From Candidatus Hydrogenedentota bacterium (GTDB lineage Bacteria; Hydrogenedentota; Hydrogenedentia; Hydrogenedentales; CAITNO01), in NCBI GenBank assembly GCA_029776995.1, contig JAKOTZ010000017.1, positions 27,341-91,340 on the forward strand: DNA of 64,000 nucleotides, read 5' to 3'. The first letter of the stretch is position 1; every line of letters starts with the position of its first letter. The position numbers and the translations under genes are program-made. This document shows positions 18,445 through 28,700 of the stretch, piece after piece. The notes below the pieces were generated by a model. It did not search any database. It was not told the DNA's origin and saw only the letters and a list, made by a program, of their open reading frames with translations.

Positions 18445-20521
18445 AACGCAGGTCTTCCTGCGCGCCCTCCGAAAGCGGATGCTGTTCGCCTTGCGGGGGA
18501 GCAGTCGCGGAACCAGTAATGCCTGTCCGTTCGCAGTGGCTTTTTAATGCCCCTTTGAGCCGCTCCCGTTCCTCCGGAAACCGGGTGGAGGCATCGAGTA
18601 ATTCCATCGGATCCGCCTCCAGGTCGGCCAGTTCCCATACGGATGGAGAAATCGGGTCATACAGTACCCACCGGGAAGAGGTCCAATCCTGCGCGCTTTC
18701 GCGGCGCGACGCTTTCCAGACGGTTAATTTAAGACGGCCGTCTGTAATGGTGATGCTGCCTTCCCCCTGTATGCCCCGGCTTTTATCCTCGCTGACCAGC
18801 AGGCGCCGCGAATCCCCCTCCTTCAGCAGGCTGATCCCTTCCAGGCGCTCAGGCACCGCCACACCGGCCAGACCCAGCATGGTGGGGAAAATGTCCAGCG
18901 TAGACACCGGATCCGTCCGGCGCGTGCCGTGGTCCACATCGGGCGCGTGCAGAATCAGGGGGACCCGTGTAGTGGTCACGTGCGGATTGCCGTGGTTCCA
19001 CACCATCGGCCGTTCGCCGAAGGATTCCCCGTGGTCTGCCGTAAAAATAATCACGCTCTTTTCGTATCGGCCGAGGTGTTTCAGGCGGAACAGCAATTCC
19101 CCGAAACGGTCGTCCATAAAGGTTACTTCCGACGCGTAACACGCCCGGGCATAATCCATGTCCGCCCGGTGCGTCTGATCCGGGTTCTCTCCCCGCTCCA
19201 CCAACCCGTCGATGATCTGATTGGTCATCAGGTCGCCCAGCGTTCCCGCATTCCGAATAAGCCCCGGGAACCGGTTGATGTAACTGCTGTGCGGCTCAAA
19301 CAGGTGGACGAACAGAAACAGGCCCCGACGGTCGGGCCGCGCGATGACATCCCGGTTCTCGTCCAGGAATGCCGCCGCGGCCCGGAATACCTCGTCCTCA
19401 TCATCGGAAAAATAATACAGGTCGAAGCCCTGGGCCATGCCGGTGCCGGGCCCCAGAAAACCGTCGTAATACGTTCGCGCGAAACCGGCCGTGTAATACC
19501 CCGCGTCATGGAGCACTTCCCCCAGCGTGACCGCGGTGTCAGGCAACACCGAGTTTACCAGCTCCGCGCCGTGCTGGGATGGGTACAAAGATGTAAAGAT
19601 CGACGCGATCGCCGGACGGGTCCACGGCGCGGGCGTGAAGGCGTTGTCGAAGCTTATGCCATCGGCCGCCAGCGCCTGAAGGTTGGGCGTATACCCCCTG
19701 CCCGCCGGGTGAGTACTGGTGTAATACACGGAAAGCGCGTCAGCTACGGCCAGCAGTATATCCGGCCGGGAAGGTTCGCCTGCTGCCGACGCAACCGTTT
19801 TCCGAAAAGACGACACATACAGCACCGCGTCATCAATCCGCACGGAGAACGCGGAGCGGTCCGAGTCCCCTGTAATTTCGAGTGCCAGACGAATCCGCTC
19901 CACGCCGGACGGCACCACCACACACGCGCTGCGCGGCTGCCACGCGGCATGGGCGGAAAGAGGAAGGTTCAGCTCTTCCCGGGAAACGGCCTTATCCCCC
20001 GACAGGTCGATGCGTTCCCAGTTTTTGCCCCGCAGTCCCTCAATGCGGAGGCTGACCCGGCTTGTTCCGTTTTCCACGGACTGGAACCATGCCAGGGCCG
20101 CCGCGAAATCTCCCGCCCCGACGGGCAGGGCTTCTCCAACGAGCGTCACGGGCTGGCCGCTGCCGGACGCCTGAACCGCGTAATGGCCTGACCGGGCGTT
20201 TCCTGATATCAAAGTAAACGCGCCATCTGGTCCCGTCACAGACCAGTTGGCCGCCACGCCGGACACCCCGGGAATCTCGAAGGACGGGTTCAGATTTGAT
20301 GGCGGGAACACGCTCTGAAAATCCGATGGCAATGCCTCACCTGAGTGCGCGGGGGACGGAACCGCTTCCGCCGTCACCTCCTGTGATTTTTCCCGCCACG
20401 GACATTTGCCGGGCACCTGTGGAACTGCCAGCAATAACAGACATAACGTCATACCCGCCAGCAGCCTCAGCATCCAGCCCAGCCCTCCGGGCCGCCCGTT
20501 CTGTTCAGGACGATCCTTCAT
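18428..20521 (-). CDS. Secreted alkaline-phosphatase-superfamily (sulfatase-like) hydrolase with an N-terminal ~230-aa extra domain.
   Basis: Signal peptide. Sulfatase-type core (PDILLAVADAL..., TPNLQALAADGISFDNAF, IFTADHGESFGE). At the expected C/S-x-P-x-R position the sequence is PAPWTRPA, so the canonical formylglycine motif is absent. Confidence 0.65.
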   Translation of the reverse strand: MKDRPEQNGRPGGLGWMLRLLAGMTLCLLLLAVPQVPGKCPWREKSQEVTAEAVPSPAHSGEALPSDFQSVFPPSNLNPSFEIPGVSGVAANWSVTGPDGAFTLISGNARSGHYAVQASGSGQPVTLVGEALPVGAGDFAAALAWFQSVENGTSRVSLRIEGLRGKNWERIDLSGDKAVSREELNLPLSAHAAWQPRSACVVVPSGVERIRLALEITGDSDRSAFSVRIDDAVLYVSSFRKTVASAAGEPSRPDILLAVADALSVYYTSTHPAGRGYTPNLQALAADGISFDNAFTPAPWTRPAIASIFTSLYPSQHGAELVNSVLPDTAVTLGEVLHDAGYYTAGFARTYYDGFLGPGTGMAQGFDLYYFSDDEDEVFRAAAAFLDENRDVIARPDRRGLFLFVHLFEPHSSYINRFPGLIRNAGTLGDLMTNQIIDGLVERGENPDQTHRADMDYARACYASEVTFMDDRFGELLFRLKHLGRYEKSVIIFTADHGESFGERPMVWNHGNPHVTTTRVPLILHAPDVDHGTRRTDPVSTLDIFPTMLGLAGVAVPERLEGISLLKEGDSRRLLVSEDKSRGIQGEGSITITDGRLKLTVWKASRRESAQDWTSSRWVLYDPISPSVWELADLEADPMELLDASTRFPEERERLKGALKSHCERTGITGSATAPPQGEQHPLSEGAQEDLRSIGYL

Positions 20522-20524
20522 CTG

Positions 20525-21871
20525 TTACTTCCTCGACGCGCTCCTCGCGCCAGGCGGCAACGGACCGGTTTCCGTTCCGCTTAATTCCCGCATCAGCCCG
20601 GCCGTTAGAAAATCAGCCAGCGTTTCCGCCACAAACCGCGCGCCCTCCCGGTTTAGGTGCATATCATACCAGTAATACAGGTCGCCGCAGGGACCCCGCT
20701 GTTGCATGGCTTCATAAAGCCGGGGATGTTCAATCCCCAGCCGTTCCAGCAGGGCATCCCCCACCGCGGTATCTTTTCCGCGTACTCGATTCCGGCGGAT
20801 TTCTTCGGGCAGATCCGTTTCCCAGCGCTGTGGATCCGCGGAATACACGCAGGGTATGGTGTACGCGATCAAGCCAATATGTTGATCCGCGCAAAATTGT
20901 TTCAGGTTGGCCACATCCGCTTGCATCGTTTCCAGGGCAAGTTGCAGCAGAGGGTACCATTCCACTAAATTGGGCTCCACCGCCCAAAACAAATGGGCCG
21001 TCGGGTTTACGGGAGGCAGGGGGGAAACACCGGTTCCCGGAATGTGGCTCATGAACCGCGCGTAGAACTCGGCGGGGTCCGTTCCGATCGCGTTAGCCAG
21101 TACGCACCATGCCGCACTCCGGGTGGCCGCCCGCATGTAACAGTGCCCGCCCGGAGCCCGGGCCACCCGGGCAAAACTGACCCGGCGGATAAAATTCTTG
21201 GCGTTGTATGCCTCAAGATGCAGATCCATCCGGCTGAGCGTATCCGAAAGATCATTGCTGGGATAAAGCTGCAGAACAACCAGGTCCGGCGCCGTTTCCT
21301 TCGCGATTTTTCGGAGCAGCGCCAGCTGCTGGTAGGGCGCGGAATTGCCCAGGCCGCCGTTAATCACAGTTACGGGGCGTCCCTGGACACGGGCGCGCAG
21401 CAGGCGCTGCAGCTGGCGGGGAATGGTTTCGTCCAACTGTTCGATGCCCATGCCGGCAGTAAAAGAATCCCCCAGCATCAGCACCCTGAACTCCTCCGGT
21501 CCCTTCGGCAAAATCGGATCGTCCCGCAGTCCCAACGCGTTGGTATAGAACGGCATGGGGCGTTTGGTGCCGTGTTCGTCCTCCGTGAACCAGTAGTAGG
21601 CCACGCCGTTTTCAGGGTATCTGAACAGGGTCTCCCGGTCCGGTAATATATCTGGAAACGGACGTCCAAATCGGAGCCTGGCCCCCAGCTCCAGGATAGC
21701 GCCCGCCACAAGCAGGGCGAACAGGAAGCCCAGCGCGGTCCCCGCCACCGCGCGAAAACATTTGCGAAAATATTTATTCCGGACCATCCGCATGCCGACT
21801 ACCAGAAAAACCATGACAGACCAGAAATGGCTTCGGATATTGTACCTGCCCTGTTTCAGGACTGTCCTCAT
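20525..21871 (-). CDS. SGNH/GDSL-family hydrolase with an N-terminal membrane anchor.
   Basis: GDSFTAG block I and GGLGNS block II. N-terminal transmembrane segment. Confidence 0.65.
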   Translation of the reverse strand: MRTVLKQGRYNIRSHFWSVMVFLVVGMRMVRNKYFRKCFRAVAGTALGFLFALLVAGAILELGARLRFGRPFPDILPDRETLFRYPENGVAYYWFTEDEHGTKRPMPFYTNALGLRDDPILPKGPEEFRVLMLGDSFTAGMGIEQLDETIPRQLQRLLRARVQGRPVTVINGGLGNSAPYQQLALLRKIAKETAPDLVVLQLYPSNDLSDTLSRMDLHLEAYNAKNFIRRVSFARVARAPGGHCYMRAATRSAAWCVLANAIGTDPAEFYARFMSHIPGTGVSPLPPVNPTAHLFWAVEPNLVEWYPLLQLALETMQADVANLKQFCADQHIGLIAYTIPCVYSADPQRWETDLPEEIRRNRVRGKDTAVGDALLERLGIEHPRLYEAMQQRGPCGDLYYWYDMHLNREGARFVAETLADFLTAGLMRELSGTETGPLPPGARSASRK

Positions 21872-21879
21872 TCGCCAGC

Positions 21880-21946
21880 CTTGAAAAAATTTTTTAGTTT
21901 TTTGAAAAAAAGTGCTTGACTTTCCAGACCGGTTTGTGGTACAAAC
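21880..21946 (+). promoter_or_regulatory. Putative strong sigma-70-type promoter with an A/T-rich UP-like element.
   Basis: A/T tract 21880-21910. TTGACT 21916-21921. An 18-bp spacer. Extended -10 TGgTACAAA at 21937-21945. About 90 nt upstream of the ORF at 22035. Confidence 0.35.
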
Positions 21947-22034
21947 TTGTTGGTGGACATAGAGCCACCGGTAAAATCAGGCTGGTAACGGGAATGATCC
22001 GTATCAGGATTCCCAAACGAGAGGAGGTGACAAG

Positions 22035-22526
22035 ATGAAGAAACTGAGCACGGTTATGATGATGGCCCTCATCGGCGGCATGGCGTTCGCCAGCTCGCTG
22101 AGCATCCCCTGGTTCGTGGACAACGCTCCGGACAGCCAGGGCGCCAACTGGCCCCCGACGCAGGGCATCCGCACGTACATCTACCTGCACAACAACACGA
22201 CCAGTGACATCGTGTGCTCCATCGCGTACTACAGCGCGGAGGGCGTGTTCGTGGGTCCGAATGACGATCCGGAAACGCCGTATGATGACACCACGTTCGT
22301 GATTCCGGCGTTGTCCACGGTGGCTTTCGCCCCGGTGGCTGCTCTGGGCGCGACGGGCGGTGAGTCTTCGGTTGCTGACGCCATTCCGAACCGTCCGCTG
22401 CCGGACGGCAAAAAGAACGGTGCTGCGGTTATTACCTGGGCGGGCGGCCCGAATGACATTCAGGGCATGCTGGCCACGGCCAGCTCCCAGCTGTCTTACG
22501 CTCACCTGCTGCCTCCCGGAAACTGA
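22035..22526 (+). CDS. Small secreted protein of unknown function (163 aa).
   Basis: GAGGAGGTGA Shine-Dalgarno 7 nt before the ATG. Signal peptide MKKLSTVMMMALIGGMAFASS. No recognisable domain. Confidence 0.6.
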   Translation: MKKLSTVMMMALIGGMAFASSLSIPWFVDNAPDSQGANWPPTQGIRTYIYLHNNTTSDIVCSIAYYSAEGVFVGPNDDPETPYDDTTFVIPALSTVAFAPVAALGATGGESSVADAIPNRPLPDGKKNGAAVITWAGGPNDIQGMLATASSQLSYAHLLPPGN

Positions 22527-22566
22527 TCGGGTGGTCTGCTAAAGCAGGCAGCACTGCGTAATCCCC

Positions 22567-22607
22567 GGGCGGGAATGTCGGAAGACATGCCCGCCCGATT
22601 TTTTTTA
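22567..22607 (+). terminator. Rho-independent terminator.
   Basis: gggcgggaatgtc-ggaa-gacatgcccgccc: a 13-bp stem with one mismatch, followed by gaTTTTTTTT. Confidence 0.7.
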
Positions 22608-22800
22608 TCTCTCCGCAGATCTCCGGCATGTCTCTACAGTTTCCACGCTCATTCACCCGGGAAACTTCCCATGTGATCACGGACTTTGCCGCGTCCGATG
22701 AGATTTTGCAGTCCGTGGTTTTGCGCATGCGCCGATTCAAACGCATAATTAAAAGCGAAACTAAAAAACGTTTCAGCAAAATAAAAAATAGGGAACTGCC

Positions 22801-24612
22801 ATGTTAAGCATTCTGATTTTCCTGGGTGTGTCCGTGTTTTTCTGGGGCGCTTATGCCGTCTATGGCCGGTTTCTCGCCAGCAGGGTTTTTCAGGCGGATG
22901 CGAATCGCGTAACGCCCTCCCGTGAGGTAAATGACGGGGTGGATTACGTGCCTACCCGAACGCCCGTGTTGTTCGGCCATCATTTCACTTCCATCGCCGG
23001 CACGGGGCCTATTGTGGGCCCGGCGATTGCCATGTTCTGGGGATGGCTTCCCGCTTTGCTTTGGATTGCTTTGGGCGCCGTATTCATCGGCGCGGTGCAT
23101 GATTACGGATCGCTCATGGTCTCGCTGCGGTCCCGCGGACAGACCATCGGCGAAGCGGCGGGACGCATGGTAAATCCCCGGATGCGGCTGCTGTTCCTGA
23201 TTATCCTGTTCTTCACCCTGACGGTGGTCATCGCCATGTTTGCGCTGGTCATTGCCACAATCTTTTCGCTGTACCCCCAGAGCGTGCTGTCCGTCTGGGG
23301 AGCCATGCCGCTGGCGGTGCTGACCGGCTGGTGGATCTACCGCAAACAAAACCTGCTGATACCCACCCTGGTATCGCTTGCGCTGCTGTATGCCCTGGTT
23401 GCCCTGGGGGTTTGGTTGCCCGTGGACCTGGGTAAATGGTTTGGTATTCCTCTGCTGGCCGGACAGGAGGCCGGCTTTATCGGCGGGTTTGCGGCGGTTG
23501 TGCCCGTCTGGAGCATCCTCCTTCTGATTTACTGCTTCTGCGCCAGCGTACTGCCCGTATGGCTGCTGCTCCAGCCCCGCGACTATATCAACTCCAACCA
23601 GTTGTACGTGGCGCTGGCGGCGCTCATTGCCGGGATTCTTGTGCTCCGGCCGGACATGGTGGCCCCTGCTTTGCACACCGCGGTTCAGGACGCGCCGCCC
23701 ATTGCTCCATTTCTGTTCATCACGATTGCCTGCGGCGCCATATCGGGATTCCACTGCCTGGTCTCTTCCGGAACCACTTCCAAACAGATTTGTTCTGAGT
23801 CGGCGGCCCGTACTGTCGCCTATGGCGGCATGCTGCTGGAAGGGGTTCTGGCGCTGCTGGTGCTTGTTGTATGCGGCGCCGGGGTTGGAATTGGCATTCT
23901 GACCGCTGACGGAACGCTGACCGGCAGCAGCGCCTGGCAGCATCTTTACGGCGGCAGCTGGAAGTCCATGCAGTTGGCCCAGGTGCTCACTGCTTTTATC
24001 GAGGGAGGAGGAAACCTCCTGGCCGGAATCGGCATCCCCAGGGCTATCGCGGCCAATGTTCTGGCGGTTATGGTTGCCTGTTTCGCGGCCACTACCATTG
24101 ATACGGCCACCCGATTGCACCGCTATATTATCCAGGAACTGGGCATGACCCTCCGTGTCCTCCCGCTGACCAATAAATACACCGCCACGGTGGTATCGGT
24201 CTGCGCGGCCGCGCTTTTGGCCTTCTGGCCGGGGCCAAAAGGTGTCGGCAGCGGCGCCATGATCCTGTGGCCCCTGTTCGGCGCAACCAATCAGCTGCTT
24301 GCGGGGCTCGCCTTGATTGTGATCGCCTTCTTCCTGCGCCGGTATAACCGCCCCGTCGTTTACGTGATGGTGCCGCTGCTGATCATGCTGGTTCTGCCGG
24401 GATGGGCTTTGGTGCTGCAAATTCGGGAATTCTGGACCACCGGCAATATGCTCCTGTTGGGCGTAGGCGGGCTCATTCTGCTCCTGCAGATCTGGATGGC
24501 TCTGGAGGCCCTGATTTTCTGGCGTTCCGCTAAGGGGATACCGCCTGAAGAACCCGGAGCAGTGATCTCCGCCCGGATCCGCAAACCGGAGGCTTCAGGA
24601 GGCGTCTGCTGA
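22801..24612 (+). CDS. cstA: Carbon starvation protein A (CstA-family peptide/pyruvate transporter).
   Basis: About 18 transmembrane segments. Conserved CstA N-terminus (FGHHFTSIAGTGPIVGPAIA) and the central HCLVSSGTTSKQ block. Confidence 0.9.
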   Translation: MLSILIFLGVSVFFWGAYAVYGRFLASRVFQADANRVTPSREVNDGVDYVPTRTPVLFGHHFTSIAGTGPIVGPAIAMFWGWLPALLWIALGAVFIGAVHDYGSLMVSLRSRGQTIGEAAGRMVNPRMRLLFLIILFFTLTVVIAMFALVIATIFSLYPQSVLSVWGAMPLAVLTGWWIYRKQNLLIPTLVSLALLYALVALGVWLPVDLGKWFGIPLLAGQEAGFIGGFAAVVPVWSILLLIYCFCASVLPVWLLLQPRDYINSNQLYVALAALIAGILVLRPDMVAPALHTAVQDAPPIAPFLFITIACGAISGFHCLVSSGTTSKQICSESAARTVAYGGMLLEGVLALLVLVVCGAGVGIGILTADGTLTGSSAWQHLYGGSWKSMQLAQVLTAFIEGGGNLLAGIGIPRAIAANVLAVMVACFAATTIDTATRLHRYIIQELGMTLRVLPLTNKYTATVVSVCAAALLAFWPGPKGVGSGAMILWPLFGATNQLLAGLALIVIAFFLRRYNRPVVYVMVPLLIMLVLPGWALVLQIREFWTTGNMLLLGVGGLILLLQIWMALEALIFWRSAKGIPPEEPGAVISARIRKPEASGGVC

Positions 24613-25788
24613 CTGGGATTTTTTTTCGGGATAAACCAGATCCAGATATACCGAGTGCACGTGCCGCGCCTGCTCCTCCAGAGAAAATCGTTGCAGTGCC
24701 ATTTTTCGGGCCTGTTGCCCCAGCGCCGCGCGGTACGCTCCGTCCCGGATCAGCCGGAGCAGGGATCCCGCCAGCGATTCGGGCGTGCCTGAGCAGACCA
24801 GTCCGTCCTGTTCATGGGTCACCAGCTCTCCCAGCATGCCCCGGTCGGCCACCACCATGGGCAAACCCATGGCCATCATTTCCCGCACCGCGCGACACGT
24901 TCCGTCCGTGCCGGGAACCAGAAGAACCCCGACATCCAGCGCGGCGAGCGCGGACACGTAGTCCCCGCCCCGCTGATACCCGGGAAAAATAACCCAGCGT
25001 TCTAGCCCCCGCGCCCGTACCGCTTCAAACCCAACGGTCTCCTGTCGGGTTCCCCGCCCGATCACCACCAGCCGAAACGGAAGATTCATTCGCGCTATCA
25101 GCGCCGCGGCGTCAAACAGGTCTTCAAAATGTCGGTAGGGCTGCATGCGGGCGACAATCCCGACGGCAACCGTATCTTGCGGCAGCCCCATCCGGGCGCG
25201 GGCCGCTTCCCGGTCCGCGCATGCCGGATTGAACCGGGCCGTGTCAACCGCCGGATCGATCAGCGCCAGGCGACTCGGTTCCAGCCCAAACTGCCGCGCG
25301 TCCTGTTCCAGCGCGCGGCGGGACGGTTCAAGCAGCCTGGCCGATGCCTGCGCCAGTTTCCGGTGCCGCGGATCGTCCGGCATGCCCTCGCCATAATAAG
25401 AAGATCGCACTACCGGGATGCCGGCCGTATCGGCGGCCGCGAGGGCAATCCCATGGTCATTGTCCAGGTGGCAGTGGATCACGTGGGGCCGTAAAACCGG
25501 CAGCAGTTGCCGAAGCCGGCGCGCGTCCAGCAGGTTCCACAGGGGATGGCGGTGCTTGCCCAGGCGCAGGTCTTCCAGCACGGTCAGGCCAAGTTCCTTC
25601 GCCCGCCCCCGGACGCCGCTGGTATCCGTCCGGGGGCCCGCGCCGGCGGCCAGAATCACTTCCACGCCATCGCGGCTCAATGCCGCGCAGAGGTTAACGG
25701 CCGGCTCCGCGGGGCCTGTCCACCGGTAATTGGAGAACAGGTGCAATACCCGAATCGGCGCGCGATCAGCAGTTGCCCGGCCAGTCAT
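24595..25788 (-). CDS. Family-4 glycosyltransferase.
   Basis: IRVLHLFSNY N-terminal motif. C-terminal EX7E-type region (GLPMVVADRGMLGELV). Confidence 0.8.
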   Translation of the reverse strand: MTGRATADRAPIRVLHLFSNYRWTGPAEPAVNLCAALSRDGVEVILAAGAGPRTDTSGVRGRAKELGLTVLEDLRLGKHRHPLWNLLDARRLRQLLPVLRPHVIHCHLDNDHGIALAAADTAGIPVVRSSYYGEGMPDDPRHRKLAQASARLLEPSRRALEQDARQFGLEPSRLALIDPAVDTARFNPACADREAARARMGLPQDTVAVGIVARMQPYRHFEDLFDAAALIARMNLPFRLVVIGRGTRQETVGFEAVRARGLERWVIFPGYQRGGDYVSALAALDVGVLLVPGTDGTCRAVREMMAMGLPMVVADRGMLGELVTHEQDGLVCSGTPESLAGSLLRLIRDGAYRAALGQQARKMALQRFSLEEQARHVHSVYLDLVYPEKKSQSADAS

Positions 25789-25798
25789 ATTAATGGCT

Positions 25799-28700
25799 TT
25801 ATCCTGTCGGTGCGTCTTCCAGGCGGACCGATACGATCTGGGATACGCCGGGTTCCTGCTGTGTCACCCCAAACAGCGCGTCCGCCCGGGCCATCGTCTG
25901 CTTGTTGTGGGTAATGATGATAAATTGGCTGCGCGTTGCAAACTCAGCCACCATATCCAGAAACCGTTCCACGTTGGCGTCATCCAGGGGTGCGTCCACT
26001 TCATCCAGGACGCAGAAGGGGCTGGGTTTGGCCGAAAAGATCGCCATCAGCAGGGCGATCGCGGTCATCGCCTGTTCTCCGCCCGACAGCAGCGCGATGC
26101 TCTGCGGTTTCTTTCCGGGAGGGCGCGCCTCGATTTCGATGCCGCATTCCAGCGGATCCGACTCATCCGCCAGGTACAGCCTGGCCTGGCCGCCATTGAA
26201 CAGGCGACGGAAATAATCCCGGAAATAGTCGGACACCCTGTTGAAGGTCTCCAGGAACATCCGCGTGATGGTTTCGTCGATGCGGCGGATCACATCCAGC
26301 AGCGCGTCCCGCGCCTGGCGAAGGTCATCGGCCTGGGTCTTCAGGAACCGTTCCCGTTCCTCCAGGGCCTGATACTCCTCTATGGCCGCCAGGTTCACGT
26401 TTCCCAGGCGCTCGAGCTGTTTCCGGATTTCCCGGATCCGCTCTTCCCTTTCCGCGTCTTCCAGATCATCCGTTCCGATAGCTTCTTCCGACAGGGTGTC
26501 CAGGTTCAGCCCGTAATCCCGTTCCACCAGTTGGCGAAAGAATGCCAGGCGGTCTTCCATCTGGGTTTTGGCCAGCTCCGCGCTGTGAAGCGCCTGGCCG
26601 GCTGCATCCAGGCGCGCCCGGGTTTTCCGGTTGCGTTCGGCAAGCGCGTCCAGGGATTCCACAACCACCCGGTGGTGCTGAACCGCCTCCAGGGTTCGCG
26701 CGTGGGCGGACTCCTTCTCAGCGGACAGCCGGGCAATCCGCTCCGCCTGGTCCGCGGCGACCTGTTCCAGTTCCCGGATCCGGCGCTCCAATTGCGTGAT
26801 GAGATCCCGGCGCCGGGTCAGTTCTTCCAGCGCGGTAGCCCGTTCCCGTTCTTCCCGTTCCCGCAGGCGGCGGGTCTCGTCCAGCGCCCGGCCGGCCTCC
26901 GCGGTACGTACCCGCTGATCCGCGACGGCCTGTTCCAGCGCCGCGCGCGCCGCGCGAAGGGTTTCCAGTTCTCCGCGGACGCCCTCCAGCCGGGACTGCG
27001 CTTCAGCCTCTTCCTGCAGCATCCGATCCAGCGCTTTCCGCAGGGACTCAGCCTGTTCCCGAAGCTCATTGGTCCGGGCCAGCAGCCCGGCGTCCTGTTC
27101 CGCCAGGCGTCCGCCGCTGCGGTCCTGCACGGCCCGTTCTGATTCCACGGCCGCCAGGTCTTTTTCCCGGGCGGCCACTTCCCGTCGGGCGGCCGCTTCC
27201 CGGCCTTCCATGTCGCGCAGGGATTCATTAAGCGCCGTGAGCTCGTCACGCGCCGAGGCAATCTTCCGGTCCAGCCCGGCCAATTCATGTTCCAGGGCGG
27301 CAACCTGCCGTTCCAGTTCCTCGATTTCCGCGGCCCGGCCGATCAGCCCCCGGCTTTCATGGCGGGTCCGTCCCCCGGTCACGGCGCCGGCCGGAGACAC
27401 CACTTCGCCTTCCAGGGTAACCAGCCTGGGATATTTCCGTTCTTTCCGGGCGATCCGGATGGCATCGTCTATATCCCGCACGATGGCCGTGTTATACAGC
27501 AGGTACTCCATGGCCGGTCTGAGTTCAGCCGGGCAGGACACGTACCGTGTAGCCCAGCCGATCACGCCCGGCTCACCCGGCAGCGGCTCTCCATCGTCCG
27601 TTCCGCCCGACCGGATCGTATCCAGCGGTAAAAAGGTCACCCGACCCGCCTGATGCTCTTTGAGAAACGCGATAGCCCGCTTAGCCGCGTCCGCGTCACG
27701 GGTCACAACATTGTTAATGTTGCCTCCGAGCGCCGCCTCAATCGCGGTTTCGAAACCCTTTTCCGCCCCGATCAAGTCGCCCACGGGTCCGATAATGCCT
27801 TCCATGTCGGTCAGGCCCTGCTGCCGGGCCAACATGATGGCCCGCACGCCGCCGGCGAAGCCTTCGTAACGGTCGCGAAGCTCCCTCAGCGAGCGCAGGC
27901 GCGCCTCGAGGGCGCTGCGGGTTTCCCGTTTTTCCTGTCGGGCCTGTTCCAGCGCCCGGGCCTGCTCGGTAAGCTCAGATCGCCTGCCGGCCATGCCGCT
28001 GCGGGTGATTTCCACTTCATTCAGAACCTCCCGGGCCGTTTGCAGCGCGTGCCTGGCTGCCGCCTCCCGCTCCGCCAGCGCCGCCAGCAGTTCGGCCTGG
28101 GCGGACTGCTGCGCCCGAAGTTCCGTGATCTGCTGCTCCAGGGCCGACAGTGTCGACAGCACTCCGTTCAGTTCGGATTCGGTCCGGTGCCGCGCGGTCG
28201 TGGCCGAGGTTGCCGCTGACCGCAATGTTTCCAGGTGTTCCTCCGCGGCCCGGGCGGACTGGTCGGCTTCCGCCAGGCGGGACTGCAGCGTTTCCAGTTC
28301 CTGCCGCGCGGATTCCAGCGTCTGTTCCAAAGCCGCCAGGTCGTGCGCTGCTGCCAGATCGGGCATATCCGCGCCCAGTTTCTGCTCCAGCGCGGCGCAT
28401 TCTCCCTGGATTTCCTCGATCCGCCGGGTGCTGAAACTGATCTCCTGCCGGGCCAGGGCAATTTCCCGTTCGGCGCGCTCCATTTCAGCGTCCAGGGCTG
28501 CTTCCTGTTCTCGGCATGCCGCCAGTTCCCGGTCCAGTTCCAGCCGGCGCAGGTTGAGCTGTTCCGCTTCGCTCTCCAGCGAGGCCAGCTCAGCCGATGA
28601 CGCCGCATACTTTTCCTGGGCGTCACCAACCTGCATCCGGATATCGTCCAGGCGGTTCAGCAGCTCGTTGTGCTGAAGCCAGGCGTTGCGCAGCTCGAGC

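Noticed and set aside
22804-24420. A 538-aa minus-strand ORF antisense to cstA. Similar long antisense or overlapping ORFs sit opposite pstA (13844-14839), phoU (15778-17028), smc (25730-27142 +), the hydrogenase flavoprotein gene (36854-38458 +), larC (41844-42938 -), the sulfatase-like gene (18929-20191 +) and the ABC ATPase (62028-62990 -).
   Set aside because: They are low-complexity, Arg/Gly/Pro-rich shadows with no motifs. They are expected in ~65-72% GC DNA, where stop codons are rare in non-coding frames. Each lies fully inside a well-supported gene on the other strand.
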